NCBI GenBank assembly: GCA_003144275.1
Contig: NJBF01000039.1
Span: 1-32,000 of the forward strand
DNA: 32,000 nt
Direction of reading: 5' to 3'
Origin: Candidatus Heimdallarchaeota archaeon B3_Heim
Lineage (GTDB): Archaea > Asgardarchaeota > Heimdallarchaeia > Hodarchaeales > Hodarchaeaceae
A program made the position numbers and the translations under genes. Below are positions 1 to 8,574 of the stretch, piece by piece. The notes below the pieces were generated by a model, which was given only the letters and a program-made list of their open reading frames with translations, was not told where the DNA came from and made no database searches. How positions within the stretch are numbered: position 1 is the first letter of the stretch; the number at the start of each line of letters is the position of its first letter.

Positions 1-1
1 A

Positions 2-406
2 AATCGATTTTATCTTGATCAAGCTGGTCAATTATTAGATAAGCTATTTAAAAAGGGACAAAGTGAGATTAAGGATCAATCCCTAGAGAAGAGCCCATTA
101 TTTCAAAAAATTATTGAGCTTATTAATACAAGAACTATTAGGAAGGAATTTGTTCTCCTTTTGGCAAATGAAATGAGAAAGATTAGAGATTGTAATGAAT
201 TTTTAACTGACTCTCTTGGTAGTGAATTAAACTTCTTTCTTGATCATCCTGAAGAGTGGACAGATCGCTTCCTTGGCATATCCTCTAACAAGAAGGAACA
301 AGAAGTTCAGATCTATAGGGTAAAAGCCACTTTGCTAGATTATTTGACTAAATTCATTGAAATAATGAAAATTCCCGAACTTAATACTTATTTACCTAGA
401 AATTAA
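2..406 (+). CDS. Hypothetical protein, 5'-truncated by the window edge (C-terminal part)
   Basis: The frame of track ORF 161..406 stays open back to position 2 (NRFYLDQAGQLLDKLFKKGQSEIKDQSLEKSPLFQKIIELINTRTIRKEFVLLLANEMRK...), so the TTG at 161 is probably internal. It ends 15 bp before the DUF58 gene. No recognisable motif. Confidence 0.7.
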   Translation, partial: NRFYLDQAGQLLDKLFKKGQSEIKDQSLEKSPLFQKIIELINTRTIRKEFVLLLANEMRKIRDCNEFLTDSLGSELNFFLDHPEEWTDRFLGISSNKKEQEVQIYRVKATLLDYLTKFIEIMKIPELNTYLPRN

Positions 407-421
407 TATTGAGGACTCCTT

Positions 422-1708
422 ATGAATTATTATAGACAATTAATATTCTTAATAACCTCTTTACTAATTTTTGTCGTTCTTTCATTGTTAACAGGTTCAC
501 CCGCTTTATCTGGGCTTGCTTTGCCCATTCTATGCTATATCTTCTTTATTTTGCTGACCCAAGAAGTGAGTTTAGACACGATTACAGTTACTCGTATAAT
601 TTCCAAAGATAGGGGTACCACTGGTGATGAAATAGAAGTAAGACTGATAATCCGAAATCAAGGGCCAGCAGTTCCACTCCTTGAAATTGTTGATCTAACA
701 GCAGAGAAATGCACAATATCATCTGGTAGTAATCATTTACAAGTACAAATTGATAAAAATCAAATTATTGAACGAAAGTATACATTAAAACTTCATCACA
801 GAGGACGGTATGCACTAGGCCCAATTTTCTTAAAAGGTAGTGATCTATTCGAAAAAAAATCAACCTATAGGAAAATCGAGGAAGTTAGAATAATTACTTG
901 TTTTCCGGATTTTATGAAGCTACAAACTTTACCAATTTCTCGTGACAAACTATTACCTCTAGGTGGGTCGATTCCCTCACGAATCTATAAAGGAAGAGAT
1001 TTTGATTTTCAGGGAGTCCGACCTTACCATCCTAATGACGAATTACGCGCTATAAACTGGCGAGTTACAGCTAAATTCAATTCTCTTGCAACTAACGAAT
1101 ATGCGTTAAATCAACAATCTCATATAATTATAATCCTAGATCACACCGCCTCAACAGAACATCTACTCGAGATTGCAATCAAGGCGACCCTCTCTATTGC
1201 TGAATGGGGGATAAGGCAACGGTCCAAAGTAGAACTTTTGGCAATTGGAGATTATGTAAGACAAATCAAACCAGCTGCAAATAAACGACAATTAATATTA
1301 ATAACTGAGCGTTTAGTTGATTTAGAAGCCATTTCTCCTCAATATGCAAATATTCTTGAATCCCAAATCGAAAATAGGGTATTCCCTAAACTGAGACAAC
1401 CTGGGATTTTGTTTATTGTCTCTCCTCTAGCTGAATTAACCATTATTAATTCGGTTAAAAGGATCGTTGAATCAAGATCACAGGTAATATGGGTTAATCC
1501 AAGTCTAGATTATTTGTACGAGAAAATTAACCCTTCAAAATTGCAAAAAAAGAATTCTAAAGAAATGGTTGAGACTTTCACTAACATATTAACTACTCTC
1601 ATTAGAATTAACACACACAAGGAATTCGAAAAAGTCCCGAAGTTTAATTGGTATCCCGAAGGTCCGGACTACAGCTCTCTAAACTCTCTGAATAAACTGG
1701 GTGTATAG
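422..1708 (+). CDS. DUF58 family protein (MoxR-associated, vWA-like) with N-terminal membrane anchor
   Basis: Signature GRDFDFQGVRPYHPNDELRAINWRVTAK matches the DUF58 consensus G-x-[ED]F-x3-R-x-Y-x-P-x-D-x2-R-x-I-x-W-x2-TA[RK]. The Ig-like segment HHRGRYALGPI precedes it, a vWA-like strand IIIILDHTAS follows it, and there are two N-terminal hydrophobic helices. Confidence 0.9.
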   Translation: MNYYRQLIFLITSLLIFVVLSLLTGSPALSGLALPILCYIFFILLTQEVSLDTITVTRIISKDRGTTGDEIEVRLIIRNQGPAVPLLEIVDLTAEKCTISSGSNHLQVQIDKNQIIERKYTLKLHHRGRYALGPIFLKGSDLFEKKSTYRKIEEVRIITCFPDFMKLQTLPISRDKLLPLGGSIPSRIYKGRDFDFQGVRPYHPNDELRAINWRVTAKFNSLATNEYALNQQSHIIIILDHTASTEHLLEIAIKATLSIAEWGIRQRSKVELLAIGDYVRQIKPAANKRQLILITERLVDLEAISPQYANILESQIENRVFPKLRQPGILFIVSPLAELTIINSVKRIVESRSQVIWVNPSLDYLYEKINPSKLQKKNSKEMVETFTNILTTLIRINTHKEFEKVPKFNWYPEGPDYSSLNSLNKLGV

Positions 1709-1710
1709 GT

Positions 1711-2316
1711 ATGCACTTATATATAAAATTATTACTGAGTAAATTGCTACTAATCATGACCTGGTTACCTTTCGGATACTTCCCTCTTTTTATAGGGGTA
1801 AGTAACTATATCTGGACACGAGGGTCAGATTTATTACCTGTATTCATAATTGAAGCTGTTCTGATTGCTTTAGGTTTAAATGGAATCATTGGACTCCTTA
1901 CTTTTAAAAAGCAATACCTTGCTAAAGAAATGGCCCTGACCATCCTTATTATAGGTATCATTACTAATTTACAAACTTCTGTTCTTGCTGCAATCAATGT
2001 CACCTTAATTTTCTTCTTCTGGAATATTTGGGTATTAGGAGAAAAATATGCGCAATTAGACAAAGAATATAATTACCCCAACGGTAGTATTGACAAACAG
2101 GACATTAATGATGCATACCAGAAACAACTTCAAGGCTTTTTTATTATCGGATGGTTGGTTCTACTGGGTTCATGGATGATCATTCTGATTAGTGAAAACA
2201 TTGTTGTTGACCTAGGCGCAACGATGACAATATCATTATTCTTGGGAGCAATAATACTTCTTCTAATTTTCCTATCAGAACGTCTAGCAATTTTTCCAAA
2301 ACTAAAGAAAATCTGA
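1711..2316 (+). CDS. Uncharacterised multi-pass membrane protein
   Basis: About 6 hydrophobic segments; starts 2 bp after the DUF58 stop, so probably in the same operon. Confidence 0.75.
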   Translation: MHLYIKLLLSKLLLIMTWLPFGYFPLFIGVSNYIWTRGSDLLPVFIIEAVLIALGLNGIIGLLTFKKQYLAKEMALTILIIGIITNLQTSVLAAINVTLIFFFWNIWVLGEKYAQLDKEYNYPNGSIDKQDINDAYQKQLQGFFIIGWLVLLGSWMIILISENIVVDLGATMTISLFLGAIILLLIFLSERLAIFPKLKKI

Positions 2317-2401
2317 TGGCAAATTCAGATATATTTTTATCATCGCATAGAGGGGAAAATAGGTATCTTACCTTCATTAGAGGACTAGTTAGGGTTTTCA
2401 C

Positions 2402-3781
2402 ATGTCGTGGTTATTTGAGAAGATTAGTGAATTTCAAGTATTGATTTTTGAACAATCAGAAGCAGAAGAGGTGCATCTCTCCAAACATAAATTTTTGATT
2501 CTTAGTTTGTACCTAAGTGCATTCGTACTTACATTCCTTCATTTCGCTAATATCCCAGCTGATGTTGCTCTAGATGTGCAAATAGCAGCAGCATCTAATA
2601 ATCCTATCACCATACCCTCCTCTCCCCGTTTGGGACTAGCTATACTTTTCTATTTTTATATCTCAATAGTCGCTTTCATAACCATATTTAAGGGGGGTTC
2701 AGTTCCGAATTTCATAACCCGTCCTCGTTTCCCTGTAATGAGAAGACGCTATAAAGTATTATCAGTAATAATAGGATTTATTTTTATCAATGCTATCTTA
2801 TTTGTTAGTTATCTTATAATAATCTCGTCGTCTTTAATTATTATAATTACTGGCCCCGTTTTGTATATTATCTGGACAATTCTAGAACCTTTTTTCTTAC
2901 TGAGCGGAATACTGGCAATTATTCGACTGATTGAAGCGGATTACCCTCAAAGTGGATTTTCTTCTCGTGGGAAACGTGCACTAATCCTGATTTTTGCTAT
3001 AGGATATTTTACCCCAGTAATATTTACTCTATTCCTTATTTCCTTTACGTCCATTGGCTCTGAATTCAGTGAAATATCGATTTTCGGCCAAACATTTTCG
3101 TTTTATATTCCTGCTATGGACTCTTTTTCGCGGACGTTTACTTCAATTCTGTCTATAACTCTCATATTTCTTCTTATATGGTGGATTAAGGATAAATATC
3201 GAGGCCCATCTCCTATAAGAGAAAGAAAAAAGGGAATGCTTCCATGGTTCTTGGGATTAACTTTAATCCTGATAATTCTAACAGTTGTACCTTTAATAGC
3301 TTCAACTCGCGGTTCGTTGCAAGAAATTACAAGCATTTTGGATATCCTAGGTCTTTTTACAGCTGTTATTATGGGATTGTGGAATGCACTTGGTGTGGAG
3401 CAAATTACTGAACCATTACGTGGACTCAAACGATTGAATCCTCTGGAGTACATTGGCCGGTTACATCCTTATACTAAAGCACTTTTTCTTTTAATAATAT
3501 CTATGTTTGCTTTTTTTTCTTCTATGGAAAGTAACACGATTGCAGCAATAACAGGCAATCCAGACACTCTTAAATTGCAAAAATTAAATTTACTGGCAGC
3601 TTTCATCGGAGCAGCCTATTTTATCCTATTGTGGAGATACAAAGGCCAAGCTCGTTCAACAATGCCTGGATTACTGAAAACCACTCAATATCAAATAGAG
3701 GGAGGTTTAGCTAAAATTCGATCTTTCATCAGCGGTGAACGTAGTGTCTTGGATATTCCTTCTTATGAGGAAGAAGAATAA
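2402..3781 (+). CDS. Uncharacterised polytopic membrane protein (roughly 10-11 TM segments)
   Basis: 459-aa ORF of alternating hydrophobic stretches and basic loops (RRRYK, RERKK) with an acidic tail (YEEEE). No family motif recognised. Confidence 0.75.
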   Translation: MSWLFEKISEFQVLIFEQSEAEEVHLSKHKFLILSLYLSAFVLTFLHFANIPADVALDVQIAAASNNPITIPSSPRLGLAILFYFYISIVAFITIFKGGSVPNFITRPRFPVMRRRYKVLSVIIGFIFINAILFVSYLIIISSSLIIIITGPVLYIIWTILEPFFLLSGILAIIRLIEADYPQSGFSSRGKRALILIFAIGYFTPVIFTLFLISFTSIGSEFSEISIFGQTFSFYIPAMDSFSRTFTSILSITLIFLLIWWIKDKYRGPSPIRERKKGMLPWFLGLTLILIILTVVPLIASTRGSLQEITSILDILGLFTAVIMGLWNALGVEQITEPLRGLKRLNPLEYIGRLHPYTKALFLLIISMFAFFSSMESNTIAAITGNPDTLKLQKLNLLAAFIGAAYFILLWRYKGQARSTMPGLLKTTQYQIEGGLAKIRSFISGERSVLDIPSYEEEE

Positions 3782-3821
3782 ACCTGCAAATCCAGAAGTG
3801 TAACACAGGGGAAAATGAATA

Positions 3822-4415
3822 TCACAGATCTTTTTTTTTAGATATAGTAATGTAAGTTCCTTCATCAACATAAGCCTGTCTAACGATATGCAGATTCGCT
3901 TTTCTATGCATTTTACGCATCTCGATAGTTGTAAAAAACTTAGAACCCATCCAAAAAAATTTCTCCATTGATTTAATGTAGTGTCCAAGAGGCCTAGAAG
4001 GATCAAACTCAACGACAATGGACAGACCTTGTTTAGGTTCAAGTACTCGTTCTATCTCTTTTAACCCTTTTAATTGGTCATCCCAATGATGTAACGAGTC
4101 AATAACAATTACTCGATCAAAGTAAACTCCATCAAAAGGTAATTGTTCCGCATAACCAAGGACAGGTTTCGCTGTTGGAAATTTCTGTATAGCTTGTTGA
4201 AGCATGGGTTGCGAGGGATCCAGTAACCATACTTGTCGTGCTAATGAAATTATGGAAGCAATACTTCTTCCCGTTCCAGCTCCTATTTCAAGAACCTTTT
4301 CCTGACCAGTCAATTCTAGTGCATCTATAATTTTAGAAGTTGGGTTATCCCGAATGAGAAAATCATACAAAGGACTAATCAAATCAAAAAACCGTTTGGG
4401 AATTCTTGTTACCAT
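3822..4415 (-). CDS. Class I SAM-dependent methyltransferase (UbiE/Methyltransf_11-like)
   Basis: Motif I VLEIGAGTG, acidic LLDPS, AEQLPF and post-II FDRVIVIDSLHHW. The start is placed at the ATG at 4415 (MVTRIPK); the track's start at 4451 is an alternative. Confidence 0.88.
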   Translation of the reverse strand: MVTRIPKRFFDLISPLYDFLIRDNPTSKIIDALELTGQEKVLEIGAGTGRSIASIISLARQVWLLDPSQPMLQQAIQKFPTAKPVLGYAEQLPFDGVYFDRVIVIDSLHHWDDQLKGLKEIERVLEPKQGLSIVVEFDPSRPLGHYIKSMEKFFWMGSKFFTTIEMRKMHRKANLHIVRQAYVDEGTYITISKKKDL

Positions 4416-4456
4416 CCTGTCATTGTTAAACGTCAATGTGCATACGATCATACTGA

Positions 4457-5770
4457 TTAATCAGAACTAGTAGTTTCAAGTAGTCGATTAGTCACTCTTT
4501 GAGCTTCATTTTTCACTTTAGTAATATCTAATGTCAAAAATTTGCCATTCTGATAAACGATCGATCCATCGATAATTGTCATAACGACTTGTTCCCGTCC
4601 TATTGCATAACAAAGATGACTCACGGGATCTATTACAGGTGTGGTACCAGGGGAGTCAAGATCAAGAACTGTTAGATCTGCACGCGTATTTTCAAGCAAT
4701 GTCCCTGAATAACAATTTTTTGGAAACAATGTCTGGGCATTACACGTGGCCATCCTCACTACTTCAGTTGAGGTGACAACTGTTGGATCTTTGTAAACTG
4801 CTTTGTGAATCAGTGCCTCAAATGACATCTCTTCAAACATATCCAGTTTATTATTGCTTGCTTGACCATCAGTTGCCAAGCACACATTTATATTTTCTTT
4901 CAGCAATCGAGGAGTGTCAGCTATTCCAGTTCCTATTTTTGCATTACTTTTAGGACAATGTAGAACATTTACTCTATATTTTTTCAGCAGATCACGTTCT
5001 GCTTGTGACAGATGAACACAATGAGCTGCACTATTTATAGTCTCCAAAACCCCTATTTTATCCATCCATTCAATGGGACGAAGAGAATGTGTTTTTTGGG
5101 ATTCATTGACCTCATATTCAGTTTCATTTAAATGTGTATGAATATTCGTTCCTCTATCTCTAGCCTCATTTGCAATTGTTTGGAACCATTCTTTTCCTAC
5201 AGTATATGGCGCATGTGGCCCAAATGCAACATAAAGGCGGTTGTTATTTCCATTCCATTTGTCATGTACATTTTTAGCATGTTTGAATGCTTCTTCCATA
5301 GAATTAGATTCAGGATTACCAGCAAAAAAGATACTCGGGGCAAGAACGGCTTTTATTCCTGTTTCGTGAATCGCTCGTGCAATTTGATCTGAATAAAAAT
5401 ATTGATCATTAAATCCTATAGTCCCACCTGCAAGCATTTCAGCAATTCCTAGCATCGTCCCCCAGTATGCATCCTCTGGAAGTAAATTTGGTTCTATACT
5501 CCATATATGCTGTAACCACGTTTGTAGAGATTTATTTTCCGAGATACCTCTTTGTAATGTCATGGGAATATGTGTATGGGCGTTAATCAAGCCTGGAATG
5601 ACTAAACCTTTTTCAAAGTTATAATATTCATGACCAGCTTTTTTGTCACTTTCTTTACCTCTGGGGCCAGAATAGATAATTTTCTTCTCTTCAATAACTA
5701 TCCGCCCGTTATTAATAACCTCTCCAGACAACGGATAATAAATCCATCTTCCATCAATAACTAAATCCAT
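4457..5770 (-). CDS. mtaD: Metal-dependent amidohydrolase, MTA/SAH deaminase (MtaD/DadD-like) family
   Basis: PGLINAHTH (HxH metal motif), FGPHAPYT, HTHLNET, AHCVHL, HCPKSNAK, LATDGQASNNKLDMFEEM and ADLTVLD are characteristic of the MtaD/AtzA/TrzA branch. Exact substrate is inferred. Confidence 0.85.
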   Translation of the reverse strand: MDLVIDGRWIYYPLSGEVINNGRIVIEEKKIIYSGPRGKESDKKAGHEYYNFEKGLVIPGLINAHTHIPMTLQRGISENKSLQTWLQHIWSIEPNLLPEDAYWGTMLGIAEMLAGGTIGFNDQYFYSDQIARAIHETGIKAVLAPSIFFAGNPESNSMEEAFKHAKNVHDKWNGNNNRLYVAFGPHAPYTVGKEWFQTIANEARDRGTNIHTHLNETEYEVNESQKTHSLRPIEWMDKIGVLETINSAAHCVHLSQAERDLLKKYRVNVLHCPKSNAKIGTGIADTPRLLKENINVCLATDGQASNNKLDMFEEMSFEALIHKAVYKDPTVVTSTEVVRMATCNAQTLFPKNCYSGTLLENTRADLTVLDLDSPGTTPVIDPVSHLCYAIGREQVVMTIIDGSIVYQNGKFLTLDITKVKNEAQRVTNRLLETTSSD

Positions 5771-5874
5771 GAAAAGACCCTTTAACTCTCTTTTTATATT
5801 TGTGATTCGAGTGAAATTTTTGCCTCTATCCTTCCTTTTTTAAAATTGCGATAGAATCTTGGAAGCGTATTTGA

Positions 5875-6438
5875 TTGAAGCAATTTCTATTCGAGGTTGT
5901 GGAATTGAAGAAAGGACTTTTATTAGCTATATTCATCATTATTACTTATTATTCCTCTGCATATCTCTATTACCAATATCTACTTCCCTATACAGTTGAA
6001 GAGGGCACAATCTCACTAAATAATTTAAACAAAACGATAGAAATTGATTATCATGATCCAGATATTTCATACAGAGACCTGCCTGTTGTAATAAAACTGC
6101 TCTCAGGTGATCCGCTTGAAATTACTTATATGAAATGTTCTGATGATTTTTCAATAAATTTAACTGAAGGTTCAGTGAGATTTACGCATAATTTTGCTGG
6201 GAATATTTACATCCGTTTGCTCAACGAAAATTCTTCCGCAATAATGAGTTACACAATTATCGATCGAGCATCATTATTTGTCCCTAAATCGGCCACAAAA
6301 GCATGTACTTCTATGCCTGGAATAGTATTTGGATTTAATATTACCATACTACTCATTTTATCTTCAAGTATCTTCATAATTATATATATTCTTATTTATA
6401 AGAGAGATTTGCTAATTGACAAAATAAGACTGAGTTGA
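5875..6438 (+). CDS. Hypothetical membrane protein (two TM helices flanking a probable extracellular beta domain)
   Basis: N- and C-terminal hydrophobic helices; N-glycosylation sequons (NKT, NLT, NSS) in the middle; the stop overlaps the next ORF. Confidence 0.65.
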   Translation: MKQFLFEVVELKKGLLLAIFIIITYYSSAYLYYQYLLPYTVEEGTISLNNLNKTIEIDYHDPDISYRDLPVVIKLLSGDPLEITYMKCSDDFSINLTEGSVRFTHNFAGNIYIRLLNENSSAIMSYTIIDRASLFVPKSATKACTSMPGIVFGFNITILLILSSSIFIIIYILIYKRDLLIDKIRLS

Positions 6439-7877
6439 ATAAGATGTTAACTAAATATAATTGTTCATTAGGCTTGATAATCACTTTGATGTTATTTTTA
6501 AATCTCGCATTTCTAGAAAGTAGTCGTAATGCCAAGATTATCTGGAGTACTTCAACAACAGACACAAAGATTTCAAAATCTATGTCAAATGATAATTTCG
6601 AATTCACTGGTACCTTAATTTGGAAGAACACCGATTCAACAGCATACATTCAGCATGTGATTGTAGGGGATTTGAATGGTGATGGAATCGATGATGTTTT
6701 AGCAAGAGATCATGAAACCCACGTCTATGCTATTGACGGAGTTTCAGGTGAAAGTCTCTGGATAAACATAGTTCCGACTGATATGGTTAGATCAATTTCT
6801 GTTGGTGACTTTAACAATGATGGATCGGATGATGCATTAGTAGGAGAGTGGGGAGGAATGGTTTACGCGATAGAAGGGAAAACTGAAGCTATGTTGTGGA
6901 ACAATTCAGACACGAATCAAAAAATATTCTCATTAGCAGTAGGAGATTTTAATAATGACGGAGTAGATGACGCCCTAGCGGGAAGCTGGGAGAAGAAGAT
7001 ATTAGCTATTAATGGATGGAATGGGGAAACCTTATGGAACTACTCTAATCCTTCTGAATATATATTACCTGTTACAGTGGGGGATTTCAACAATGATGAA
7101 ATTGATGATGCTCTTGCAGGAAGTCTAGATGGCAAAGTTTATGCCTTAAATGGAAGTAATGGGGAAATATTATGGATTAACACAGATCAAGATGATGCGA
7201 CGATTTCTATTGCCGTAGGAGATTTCAATAATGATACAATTGATGATGTAGTAGTAGGTTGCTTATCTACTTTGAAAATATATACAATTGACGGAAATAC
7301 AGGAGTAACATTGTGGAACCACACCAATATTGGGTCAGTTCAGTCTGTAGCTGTTGGTGATTTCAACAATAATGGAGTTGATGATGTTTTAGCTGGAAGT
7401 TCAGATACCTATGTATATTCATTTGATGGATTTACGGGAAATCAAATTTGGAACACAAGTACTCCTGAAAAAGAGGTAATTTCTGTCACAGTTGGAGATT
7501 TTGATGGTGATGGATTAGATGATGCCCTTGCAGGTTCCTATGACACCAATGTTTACATTTTCAATGGCTCGACAGGTGAAAATCTTTGGAAAACTGATGA
7601 ACCAACGGATTGGGTTGTTTCAGTAGCTATCGGAGATTTTAATGACGATGGTATTGATGATATATTAGCAGGGGGCTATGATAAATCAATCTATGCTTTC
7701 TCCCTTATTGAACCAAGTATAACTACTGATACCAGTTTATCAGCTGATTCATCGGTGACTACTACTTTAAATTCGACTACAGATGATTCAGACGTCACTA
7801 GTTTGACATTTCCAATATTTCTTATCGCCTTGGTTATATTAAACTTCATAAAACGAAATTATTATAAAAACGGGTAA
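6435..7877 (+). CDS. Secreted, membrane-anchored FG-GAP/PQQ-like beta-propeller surface protein (8 repeats)
   Basis: Signal-peptide-like N-terminus (ATG at 6444 is an alternative start). Eight [VI]GD[FL][ND]xxxxDD repeats, most followed by a G-x2-[LI]W segment, then a Ser/Thr-rich linker and a C-terminal TM helix with basic tail (FPIFLIALVILNFIKRNYYKNG). Confidence 0.9.
   Translation: MNKMLTKYNCSLGLIITLMLFLNLAFLESSRNAKIIWSTSTTDTKISKSMSNDNFEFTGTLIWKNTDSTAYIQHVIVGDLNGDGIDDVLARDHETHVYAIDGVSGESLWINIVPTDMVRSISVGDFNNDGSDDALVGEWGGMVYAIEGKTEAMLWNNSDTNQKIFSLAVGDFNNDGVDDALAGSWEKKILAINGWNGETLWNYSNPSEYILPVTVGDFNNDEIDDALAGSLDGKVYALNGSNGEILWINTDQDDATISIAVGDFNNDTIDDVVVGCLSTLKIYTIDGNTGVTLWNHTNIGSVQSVAVGDFNNNGVDDVLAGSSDTYVYSFDGFTGNQIWNTSTPEKEVISVTVGDFDGDGLDDALAGSYDTNVYIFNGSTGENLWKTDEPTDWVVSVAIGDFNDDGIDDILAGGYDKSIYAFSLIEPSITTDTSLSADSSVTTTLNSTTDDSDVTSLTFPIFLIALVILNFIKRNYYKNG
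6663..7700 (+). repeat. Eight intragenic tandem repeats with exact 138-bp (46-codon) period
   Basis: The [VI]GD codons start at 6663, 6801, 6939, 7077, 7215, 7353, 7491 and 7629, each 138 bp apart. The DNA copies have diverged, for example gttggtgactttaacaatgatgga versus gtaggagattttaataatgacgga. Confidence 0.92.
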
Positions 7878-8016
7878 TTGTAAGTAACTTTTCAATTCAA
7901 TTCGATCAAAGTTATAAAGTTATAAAAAGAAAAAAGAATCACTTCTCCACAATCGAAAGAAATTTAATTTTTAAATTTAAACAAGAATCCACTCCTTCTT
8001 TACGTGTGATTATATA

Positions 8017-8568
8017 ATGGTAGATCGAGAATATCTTGAACAATTACCTGATTCCGAACTAGATAAGTTATTTCAAGAAAAGAAAACTGATTATGACCAA
8101 CGCTCGACAAAGTACAAAAGGATTCAAGATTTATTAAGACGTAAAGTGACAACGAAGGAAAAAACCGTTAGAAATTATCAATCAGAAACCGATCTGCTTC
8201 GAGTGAAACATCCTGATGTTAATGTCGCCAAACAAGACTTTGACGACAATCCACAATTTCTGAGAGAGAGTATCCAAAAACACACAACGGCGGTATTAAA
8301 TCTTCAGACTCATCAAATTCAACTTAAGAAACTAATAAAAGAAGTCAATCTGGATTTTGCTAAGCTAAAAGCACAAGAAAAGTTTCTACAACAAGAAGTA
8401 GATAATTTAATTACATTAAATGATGAACTAAGTCAAGACCTAGAAGATCAATCTGAGAAAATGCAACTAGCTGTGATTACCTCAGAGTATCAATCTACTC
8501 ACGATCTTTTAGATACTCTATCTTTGGAGATTGAACATCTGCATAAACGTTTACACGATAGGAGCTAG
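8017..8568 (+). CDS. Uncharacterised long coiled-coil protein
   Basis: 183 aa rich in E/K/Q/L with heptad-like Leu spacing (LKKLIKEVNLDFAKLKAQEKFLQQEVDNLITLNDELSQDLEDQ). No TM segment. Confidence 0.8.
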   Translation: MVDREYLEQLPDSELDKLFQEKKTDYDQRSTKYKRIQDLLRRKVTTKEKTVRNYQSETDLLRVKHPDVNVAKQDFDDNPQFLRESIQKHTTAVLNLQTHQIQLKKLIKEVNLDFAKLKAQEKFLQQEVDNLITLNDELSQDLEDQSEKMQLAVITSEYQSTHDLLDTLSLEIEHLHKRLHDRS

Positions 8569-8574
8569 TACCAC

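Noticed and set aside
2-406. First ORF as the MoxR ATPase expected before DUF58
   Set aside because: The extended translation lacks the MoxR C-terminal lid motifs, so it is left as hypothetical.
1806-4042. Minus-strand ORFs 1806..2063, 2189..2401, 3103..3453 and plus-strand ORF 3707..4042
   Set aside because: Shadow ORFs overlapping longer, better-supported genes, with no motifs.
6663-7700. Regularly spaced DNA repeats as a CRISPR array
   Set aside because: The 138-bp period is in frame inside a long ORF, the copies differ at synonymous positions, and there are no unique spacers or cas genes. It is a protein repeat.
7911-7930. Short tandem AAAGTTAT duplication in the intergenic region
   Set aside because: Only two copies in very AT-rich DNA; may overlap a TATA box but cannot be separated from chance.
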